NCBI GenBank assembly: GCA_951406725.2
Contig: OX597820.1
Span: forward strand, 83,328,001 to 83,392,000
Origin: Octopus vulgaris
Lineage: Eukaryota
DNA length: 64,000 bases
Direction: 5' to 3'
Below, piece after piece: positions 54,331 to 64,000 of the stretch (its first letter is position 1; every line of letters starts with the position of its first letter). A program made the position numbers and the translations under genes. The notes beneath the pieces are model-generated. The model made no database searches. It was given only the letters and a program-made list of their open reading frames with translations, and was not told where the DNA came from.

Positions 54331-56277
54331 CTGTGTATATGTGTATGTGCGTCTGCGTACATATATGTATGCATGGATATAAGTGTGTGAATCTGCGTAT
54401 TATTTATGAGGCAGACACGATGATGTTAACAGAATGACTATATGTACCCAAAATGATTAACTGAATTATTTTATGTCTGTCGAGTGCTACAATCATCATC
54501 CATATTTTCAACAAGTCAATGGGTGCATTTTGCTGCAGATTGAATCACCGTTGTTACTTCAACAGTGTTAATTGCATCGATTTTGGTAGATATAATTATC
54601 CATAAGTTTTTAAGTTTTAATGCCCGTAATAGGTTTCCGCTTAATGCAGTATGTGTAATGAAAATGTAATGGAGGACAGCACTCTTCGTTCATATACGAA
54701 TTGAGATAACACTTGTGAAGAATGAAGGAAAAAAAATAACTAAGAGGTTATTTTGGGCAAAGTACTTAGTGAAACAATGTGAGATTATTAAGACGAGTAT
54801 ATCGTTGTTAATAATTCCTTTCGAATATATATGACTCTGGCAGATAGACAAGTACAACAGCAACATAAAAAAACAACACAAACAAGATAAACAACAAAAA
54901 TAGCAACACTAAATTATAATAATGTATCAGATGATCTTGAGTTTAAATCATTGTCGAAGTGTCGAGATTATCACGTGTCCTAAAGCAGGTGAGTATCAAA
55001 ATTGTTAGACTCTTGCTGTATTTGTCCTTGTCTATTTTTTTTTATATATTCTGATTTCAAATCCCGCTGATGTCATTTATATCTTTATTATTTTTTCCTC
55101 ATAGTCGACTAAAATTTCCCAGAATACTTTTACCGCTGGTGCTTCTATTAGAAAAAGTTACCTGACTTCTGGAAAGTTACCCGACATCTTCAATTTGACA
55201 AAGAAGGCATAGATTCTGAAACAGAAAGCCATGACATTGATATTTCATTGATACTTGATAATTGCCATTTGTTCAGGAATTTCGCTCGATACAATCAAAG
55301 AAGAAACGATAAAGTGTAGCTTAGGAATTCCTCCGTGCACTAACCTGAAATCACAATAAAAGCAGGCAATCCATAAACGATCGCAAATTAAAAGGATCAT
55401 ATCCTCAATATAGATCAAGATTTATCAATGAGTTTCGTCATTTTATCGACTAGCCAACCAACCTTTGCAATGATTCCCAGATGGCCTTTGAAGAATAATT
55501 CTCGTAGCTTACACGTGTATTACCAGATAAAATCATAACGACATCTCGGTAATACACAATCGCCTTTTCTAAATAGGACATCTTAGATGAGGCTGAGTAT
55601 GTTCGAATTTTGTTACCGATTCACAGTTTCATTCGATATAGAAATAACCATACAAAATATTATGAAGTCATTTACGAATATATTAATACGACTCTCAGAT
55701 GCTAATAGTGGATTGCAGCCAACAATTTCGTTTAATGATGAGTAGATGTAAGTGTGTGAGTCAGTATTTTTGCGCGTGCGAGTGTTTTCATATGGTGGAT
55801 ATTCGTAGTTCGACAAGGAGGAATTAGTTGTTTAATCAACTGAAATAATTGCTCCTATATTAATGTGTAAGTACCAAACATTCCTCGGGCGCATGCATCC
55901 TTCATTTTATTAGCTGAACCTATGTGATATAGTGTAGGCTAAGAGTGTATCTTTTGAAATACATGTATAATCCACTCGAGAGATTAGGTTAAATTCTGTC
56001 GTTTTTGGTCTTGAAGTAGACACTATTACCGGAGGCGCTATCAGCGTCACGAGCCCCAAACAAAATTGACTGCCGTTAATTCACCTGGAGTTTATCAGCC
56101 ATTTTACGGGTATTATTTTTCGTCCTACGGAATGTCCAAATACAAAAAAAGAGAAGAAGAATAAAGCTATCGTTGCTCCGAATGTTTTGAGCATTTGACG
56201 AGATAGCAGTGAATATCCACAATTCTTTAGCTGTTAATCTGATATCCCCAACCACAACTTTGTGGAGTATATATATA

Positions 56278-56374
<97 letters not shown>

Positions 56375-56380
56375 ATATGT

Positions 56381-56430
<50 letters not shown>

Positions 56431-56825
56431 GCATACATACCCAGAACCATGCTTATGAAAGAAATTCAGGATTTCTCGGTTTTCCGTGAATCGATTAAAA
56501 AAAATTTCCCACCTTGTTTGCGCACTATGGCAAAACCATTATTATGTTTTCATTATTCTGTGCAACACTCTTTGTTTTTTATTTCAGATTATTCAGTTTT
56601 GGGACTGAACCACGTTAATAGCTTTTGAATGCCCATCTAGGCATCTTTTTCTACCAAGAAAATGAATGGCAAACATATATTCAGTATATATTTAACAGAA
56701 AACCATAATAATATTATAACATATATTGGCACAACGAATTATTTAGCCACATGAACACCATTTCGATGGATAACTTCAAATCCCTTAAAATCCCTATCGG
56801 TCATGCCAAATCTGCCCATTTCTTC

Positions 56826-57347
56826 ACTGCGTATGTACTAGCAAAAATGCGTGTGTGCAACAAACTTGAAAAAAATTGTCTTACCTCCAGGGAGAACATC
56901 TGAAAGATGAAATACCTAGAAAGGGATAATGTGGGACCGGTTTCAGATTTTTCAGGATATGTCTGCACATATATACTTGATTTATCTTCATCAGCCAACA
57001 TATACCTCGACAAGATTTCAGATGTTGCCACATCAATGCTAATACAATCGACTGAAACGCCAAAACGCTGACAGAACGAGAACAGTGATGAAGTTTCAAT
57101 AAAAATAGTAATGCAATACTAGAGTATTGCTTTCCAGTAAAGAATAGCCCGTGAGGGAAAATTATACATAGAAGTAAATATATGGCACAACGAAGTACCG
57201 ATATTTACTGGAAAATAGCGAACGTAGTAAATACGACGCTAATGTATAGCTACACCGCGTATGTACTAGCAAAAATGCGTGTGTGCAACAAACTTGAAAA
57301 AAATTGTCTTACCTCACGGGCTATTCTTTACTGGAAAGCAAATACTG
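56826..57347 (-). mobile_element. Second copy of the hammerhead-bearing pLTR/retrozyme-like element: 428-bp unit, partial tandem copy and short inverted tail
   Basis: 56829-56886 is repeated at 57257-57315. 57312-57347 is the reverse complement of ~57123-57157. Colinear with 46075-46717. Confidence 0.8.
56924..57006 (-). ncRNA. Type I hammerhead ribozyme (predicted)
   Basis: GGUAUAUGUUGG-CUGAUGA-[AGAU aaa UCAAG uau AUAUGU gcag ACAUAU CCUGA aaa AUCU]-GAA-[AC cg GU]-C|CCACAUUAUCC, with a canonical GUC cleavage triplet. Confidence 0.88.
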
Positions 57348-57349
57348 TA

Positions 57350-57800
57350 TAAAGCCACACGTGAAACCAGCAAACTTATTTAATAGATTAGCTTTGATAT
57401 GTATAACTGAAATGCCTTTTCACTTGCGACAGATTAATTTATATAAAAGAACGGATGGAGCGGCCGTCGGTCACCCACTAGGTCCTACGCCTGCGGCATT
57501 CTACTTGTAAACAAAAAGGAAACAACACATTATCGCTATAAACATGATATTATACACGTAATACAACGACGCATGCAGTTAATGAAGTTGAGGGACTAAA
57601 GGAAGACTTAGAATACAAGCTGATAGTAAAATTTGATACCCAAAATAATGAACAGGAGATCCTGTTTTGGACATGAAGATACGATTTTAAAAAGAAACAG
57701 ATATGTTACTTAAGTGTACACCAAATAATCAAACATATACATATACCTACACAGGCACAGTGAATACTCACACAACTATCAGATGTCAGCATAAATGTCA
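57350..57800 (+). mobile_element. Penelope-like reverse transcriptase relic
   Basis: LICITEMPFHLRQINLYKRTDGAAVGHPLGPTPAAFYL matches the PLE RT motif YKQxDGVAMGSPLGPxLAxFYM. Downstream are decayed HYRYKHDI (RYVDD), EILFWT-like (PFLD) and VYTK pieces. Confidence 0.7.
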
Positions 57801-58144
57801 CTTCTTAGATGAATACTTATCTATATTCTCGTCCATAAACAATCGTCTAGAATAAAGATACGTGGAACTAAAACAATTATCTGCGAATATTTCAAGATGA
57901 ACAAGTAATAAAACCTATCTCGTAAAATGTAACGCAAAAAGCATCACACCCGACAATAAGCTTAAATTAATAATATAGTACAAATATGGTATTTGTGTAT
58001 TTGTCTTTGGTGTATTCAGAGATGCATTTGGTGTATAGTTTTTGTGTCAGTACGTTTTTATATCTTCTTACACCAGCCTTCTAGAATATCAAATATGTAT
58101 GTGTATATATATATATACATGTATATTTATACATATATACATAT

Positions 58145-58225
<81 letters not shown>

Positions 58226-58306
58226 TTATATATATATATATATATACAGATATATCCATACATATATACATATATATATACAGATATATTTATACATATA
58301 TACATA

Positions 58307-58507
58307 TTCTTTTACTTGTTTCAGTCATTTGACTGCGGCCATGTTACAGCACGGCCTTTAGTCGAGCAAATAGACCCCGGGACCTATTCTTTGTAAGGCC
58401 AGTACTTATTCTACCGGTCTATTTTGCCGAACCGCTTAGTGACGGGGACGTAAACACACCAGCATCGGTTGTCAAGCAATGCTAGGGGAATAAACACAGA
58501 CACACAA

Positions 58508-58538
<31 letters not shown>

Positions 58539-58710
58539 CATATATACGACAGGATTCTTTCAGTTTCCGTCTACTAAATCCACTCACAAGGCATTGGTCG
58601 GCCCGGGGCTAATAACAGAAGACAGTCGCCCAAGATGCCACGCAGTGGGACTGAACCCGGAACCATGTGGTTAGTCAGCAAGCTACTTACCACACAGCCA
58701 CTCCTGCGCT
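58307..58710 (-). mobile_element. tRNA-derived CORE-type SINE (family B; resembles octopus OR-type SINEs)
   Basis: Minus strand reads GCGCAGGAGTGGCTGTGTGGTAAG (A box), GGTTCCGGGTTCAGTCCC (B box) and CATCTTGGGCGACTGTCTT (CORE-like). An internal (TA)/(TG) tract precedes a tail ending GAAACAAGTAAAAGAA. Confidence 0.85.
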
Positions 58711-58752
58711 TATACACATGTGTGTACATACATATATATGTACACACACATG

Positions 58753-58788
<36 letters not shown>

Positions 58789-59182
58789 CACACACATATT
58801 TCAGTATGCATATGCATATATACATATCTATGGGGTCGTATACTTGCGTCTCTATCTGTATTTGTATATCAGATATGTGTTATATGTGTCTATGTATTAT
58901 CAGGTCGCAGTGGGCAAGACTTTGGGCTGTAGAACATGTCAATGACGATATAAATTAATGGGTTTAATATAAAATAATATTGAAATTGATGGCCTTACCC
59001 CAACATGTTCGCATTCCAATGATTGACTTGATAAATTTAGAAAAAAAGAGATGTTATACACTGAAATATATATGTGCATATTTATAAATTTTCATAAATA
59101 CCTATACATCTTTCTCAGTCTATATATTTATATGTATACGGACACACTCACATATACGCGCATATATAAATATGAATGTGTA

Positions 59183-59237
<55 letters not shown>

Positions 59238-59402
59238 TTATCTATCTATCTAGCTATATATATATATATATGTATGTATGCACACATATACATATAAAGA
59301 GAAATAGATATGCACACATGCACACAAACACATGCATACTCAAACACAAACACATACACACTCAAACACACATATATATTTATATAAACTGATATGCATA
59401 TA

Positions 59403-59448
<46 letters not shown>

Positions 59449-60164
59449 TGTGTGTATATATGTATATACACGCAAATATACACATTTATATATGTGTGTG
59501 CGCGTGCGTGTGTGTGTGTGTTGTGTGTGTGTGTATTTATAGCTTTCCGACTTAAGTTACTGCAGTAATTCGTTTGCTTTTCTTGGTTAGAGGAAACGAG
59601 CAAAATCTAATAACATTCAATTTAGGAAGCCATGCATTGAGGCAATAAGATGATTTGAGGAATGCAACTTAAAATATGCAAATTTCGTATTAGTATATGC
59701 CGAATTGGTGCCTGAATCACTCTAGCTTTTATATAAATAATAAAATGAACAATAAATATAGTAATAATAATAAGAATATTAATATTAACAAAATAATAAT
59801 AATAACAACAACAACAACAATGATAATAATAATAATTACATGTGCAAGCTATTCCAAGTAAAATGGCCCAATTTACATTTTAATATATTGGCAGAAAAAT
59901 CTGATAGAAAATTAAAGAAATGTATTGGAATTTATAGAAATGGTGAAGGAAGGAAAGAGGCAAATAATAGGCAAGAATAAGGGAAGGGAAATAATATAAT
60001 TTGTTTCACTTCTCTTTTTGGTTCTTCTAGTTGTTTCGTTTTGCTAAGCAAAACAAATCCCATTTCACAAACCATCACGGCAGCATTCGAGTGGAAGGTT
60101 TTGTTAGAAGTAATTTATGCAAACCATTTATATATATATTTATATATATATATTTATATATATA

Positions 60165-60211
<47 letters not shown>

Positions 60212-60222
60212 TTATATATATA

Positions 60223-60253
<31 letters not shown>

Positions 60254-61300
60254 GCGTTGTGTACGCATGTATGTATATATACATACATATTTGTGCGTGT
60301 GTGTCTCAATGTGTATGTATGTATTTATTGTAATTTGTGTGAATATGTATATGCGTTGTGTACGTGAGTGCGTATTTGTATGTTGTTGGTGGTGGGTGTG
60401 TACTACGTGTTCGTAGTTCAATATAGAATATTAAACAGTTTTTTCTTGTTGCAATGTGGCTTGTTTCATACTCTGTTCCCCCACTTTAATAATTGCTTGA
60501 TGACTATGTATGTTGTCAAAATCGATCAAGTGATAAAACTTTGATTTTCTACGGTGAACAGTTCTTTTTCTAATTATTCCTTTAATTATTAGATATTTTC
60601 TCTCACACTTGTGCACAGAATTTTCTAAGGTAGAAATGTTGAAGCGGATTCGTACACAGCCGGTCTTTCAATTTTAATTGTTTTGCAAACAATTTTCTGA
60701 TTTCAAAACTCGCTCACCCAATTTTTCATTTCAAATTTAACAGAATCATATTGTTTTACTTTTCGTACCGATTAAGTTGATAACAGAAAGAAAGAAATAT
60801 GTAATTCTATACGAAGGTCACAATCTAATCAGCTACAAATTATCCAGCACAAACTTATGACTTTGTGACAAAATAGATTATTACGTTTAAATTTATTTTA
60901 TGGTAGATTCACAGTATTCTTTAAATTTTTATATTCGTTTAAAAGTTTATATTCCTTTTCTTTTTTATTTCTGCGTTCAAGCTTCGTTGATATCAACATT
61001 GTATTTTATCAGTCCTGGGTCGATAAAATATATATTGCATGACTTAACAGGGGAAGGAGATTTCTTAAATAATCATAGCTGCAGCCCCAGAAAAATCTAT
61101 CTTGCATTTTTAGTTTCGGTTCTAGACATCACGATTTCAAATCTCACAGGGATCAAATTGTGATATTTATCATTTGTGGGTCGATAAAATTGTACAATTC
61201 AATTACTGCTTTCGATGGTGTTAACTGACTCCTCCATACAAAATTGCTGGATTTTAACTCAATTAGGAACAATTATTTTAAATATCATATTGCAAAGTAA

Positions 61301-61490
61301 GGTGGTGAGTTGGCAGAATCGCTAGCATGCCGGGCAAAATGCTTAACGGCATTTCGTCCGTCTTTACATACTGAGTTCATATTCAAGCGAGGTCGAATTT
61401 ACCTTTCATCCTTTCGGAGTCGATAGAATAAGTTCTAGTTGAGTACTCTCGCAACAAATTGCTGACTATGTGCCAAAAGTTGAAATCAAT
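61301..61490 (+). mobile_element. tRNA-derived SINE (family A), preceded by decayed 3' fragments at ~60980-61275
   Basis: GGTGGTGAGTTGGCAGAATCGCTAGCATGCCGGGC...CTGAGTTCATATTC...CCTTTCATCCTTTCGGAGTCGAT. Confidence 0.85.
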
Positions 61491-62071
61491 ATTATATAGC
61501 GAATTGGTATAAAGATATATGTAATTCATGTAGTTTTTGTTCTGGATTTCACGTTGTGATTTCAATTACGCCCAGCAAAACTCCACATTTGTTCGAAGTC
61601 AATCAACCATAGAGCTAGATAGGTTCAAAACGATTTCATTTACTGCCCTCTTCACTTTAAATGTACATCATTTTACCTAATTTAACAGGAACAACCATAA
61701 ATTTCATTTTCTGCTAAAAGGGCAGAAGGTGTTCTTTACTTCTAGTTTTCTATTTAAATATTTATCACATTCTCAATAGCTATAGGAATATAACTGTCAA
61801 TTTTCATTTTGTAGCTGGTGTCATTCACATATAAGAGATGAGATTTAGTAGCACTTTTAATAGTTTCAGTCTTTCAAATCCATCTGAGTACTTATTTCAC
61901 CCTCGTGTTCAATAAATATTTACTCGATTCGATAAGTTACTTCCACACATGCACTCACACTCACATACACATAGCCGCGCACACATTGCATATACACCTA
62001 CATAAATACATACCTACTCACATGCGTGCATACATACATTCACACATATACACATACATACATACATGGTT

Positions 62072-62235
62072 AGGAATTTGCGGGGAGGAGTAAGTTGTCT
62101 AAATTGACTCCAGTACTGAACTGGTACTTATTCTATAGAAAAGATGAAAGTTAAAGTCGACAGTATGTACAGACAGACGAAATGCTGGAAAGCATTTTGC
62201 TCGGCGTGCTAGCGGTTCTGCAGTTCACCGCCTTT
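62072..62235 (-). mobile_element. Decayed tRNA-derived SINE (family A)
   Basis: AAGCATTTTGCTCGGCGTGCTAGCGGTTCTGCAGTTCACCGCC is the reverse complement of the family A head. Confidence 0.75.
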
Positions 62236-62662
62236 GCTATATGATATCAAAAATGATTATTCTTAATGAAGTAAAAGTTCAGTAATTTTGGATGGAAGAA
62301 GTCAGCTTTCTTAATACTTTTCTCGCTGTATTGGGTGTTCGTGCCTCTCTTGCATCTGTTGTGCTTATTGTTGATCTTCTAATGAAATTATATTCTTTGT
62401 TTTCCTGCATTTATTTACTCGATATGAGAAGATACGTTGCAGAACTGTTATTTTAACGAGTCATATCTATTTGCCACCCACAGAGATGCTCCTGAACCAG
62501 TTGTTAAGTATCCCACACATGAGGGATCGATACTAGATGTGTGGAAACAGTTGTGATTAATAAAAATCATCGTATCTTCCTTTTTTCATTTATGAAGCAC
62601 ATCCACCCACATACACATACATATATACATATATATGTGTAAATATACATATATATGTATGT

Positions 62663-63005
62663 ATGTCCAGCAAAGCTGGACTCAAGAGTCATCTTCGTAG
62701 TCATAAAGCGAGACAGATGAGTGACAACATGGCCACTGGTGGTGGTGTAACACTCCATACTAATCATATCTGTCGGGCATGTAGAAGAGAGAGTAATTCG
62801 GCAGGAGGACTTAAACGACATGCAAAGGTACATCAAGCCCAGTTACAACTACAGCCGACTATTACCGGTAAAGGTTTTAGTTGCCAATTCTGTAAAACAT
62901 ATTGTAGATCTTTAGCTAGGCTAAAAAGTCACATTTGATCACACCACCAGTAACAGTTAAGCTTCGTGCAATGGCCATACTCGATAACGAGGGGGCAGCC
63001 ATCAT
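62663..63005 (+). mobile_element. Probable 3' end of an RTE-type LINE encoding tandem C2H2 zinc-finger-like motifs
   Basis: ..SKAGLKSHLRSH, CRACRRESNSAGGLKRHAKVH and CQFCKTYCRSLARLKSHI*SH. These are followed by a short 3' end with a CTCG-ATAA-CGAG hairpin and GCCATCAT running into (TA)n. Confidence 0.6.
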
Positions 63006-64000
63006 ACGTATATATATATATATATATATATACGCACACAAACACATGAATATATATATTATATATATATATATTTATACATACGCACACACATACCTAT
63101 ATATATATATATGTATATGCGTCTCTATGCGTGTTTTGTATGTATGGATGTATGTATGTACGTATATACACGTGCATGCCCACATGAATGTATGCATATA
63201 TGTACGTGTATATGTATATATGTTCATATATTTGTATGTGTATCTACGGATGTTCGTGCGCGCACATATCTGTATAAGTATATGTGTGTTCGAGCATGCG
63301 TATGTATATAGATGTTTATGTGTGTGAACGTACATGTGTAAGTATGTGCGTATTCTTATAGGTCAGCCAAAGACAATCGCAAGTGTAACCTACCATAAAT
63401 AATAAATCAACAGTACAACGAAATAAAATGCTAATCCTTTTAAAACGACAATCCCTTTAACAGTAGCAAATCCGCAATCGCATTCCATCCATACGTTCAA
63501 AGCAGTTTACTGGCAGACCTTCAGCCACGACATATTACTTGATACATTCAGTTGCTATAACTCACAGGTAACGGCAGACAAATAGGATGGTTTTGAAGCC
63601 GAGAATTTCAGTTTACGGAGACAATATTTATATACCGCGTGAGGAAACACAAGCTCTCATAATTCAAGGAAACGGTTATATAACACAATGCCCTCAACCT
63701 TGGAGAACTACGTTGCGTAGTAACAATTTTAGTAATTGTAAATATATGACCAACCGTATACTTGTCTCCAACTTATTCAATTATCTATTTACACACTAAA
63801 GAAGCCTAAATACAATTCTTTAAGTACGTAAAATACGACTACTTGATAAGCAGCGGGCGAAATAAGAAGGTGGGCGAGCTTTATACAGAACTGTACTAGG
63901 TTCAGAAAAATCAAATGATTTTGTTTTTAAAATATTTCCATAGTATTCAAAAGCAAGGGGTATTTTACTTGTTTCTGCCTGTCTCTGTCACCCTTTTTAT

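Noticed and set aside
55172-55345. Minus-strand exon-like segment beginning LVHGGIPKLHF
   Set aside because: An in-frame stop precedes the donor-like sites and there is no further homology.
58640-58710. tRNA gene
   Set aside because: A and B boxes are present but there is no full cloverleaf, and the sequence continues into a SINE body found elsewhere in the window.

Overview
This is AT-rich eukaryotic genomic DNA dense in microsatellites and transposon relics. The SINE families and repeat landscape suggest an octopus or related cephalopod; this is inferred from pattern recognition, not a database search. No intact host protein-coding gene, rRNA, tRNA or CRISPR array can be supported, and almost all listed ORFs are translations of simple repeats. 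Recognisable content: a near full-length but disrupted Dong/R4-clade LINE in an (AAT)n tract, plus R4 fragments; a 5'-truncated Tx1-clade LINE and a second Tx1 3' fragment; RTE LINE relics; Helitron helicase relics and two non-autonomous mini-Helitrons with both termini; mariner and maT/DD37D relics; two tRNA-derived SINE families; and Penelope-like (PLE) pieces. The main signal is a ~430-bp non-coding repeat family (46075-46717 and 56826-57347). Both copies carry an intact type I hammerhead ribozyme core with compensatory base-pair changes between them and a shared GT-AG intron-like segment. Both have tandem-plus-inverted architecture, and one abuts a PLE reverse-transcriptase relic. Further decayed hammerheads occur nearby. 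Also notable: a SINE sharing its 3' tail with the Tx1 LINE, and a stack of (AAT)n-targeted non-coding retroposons.
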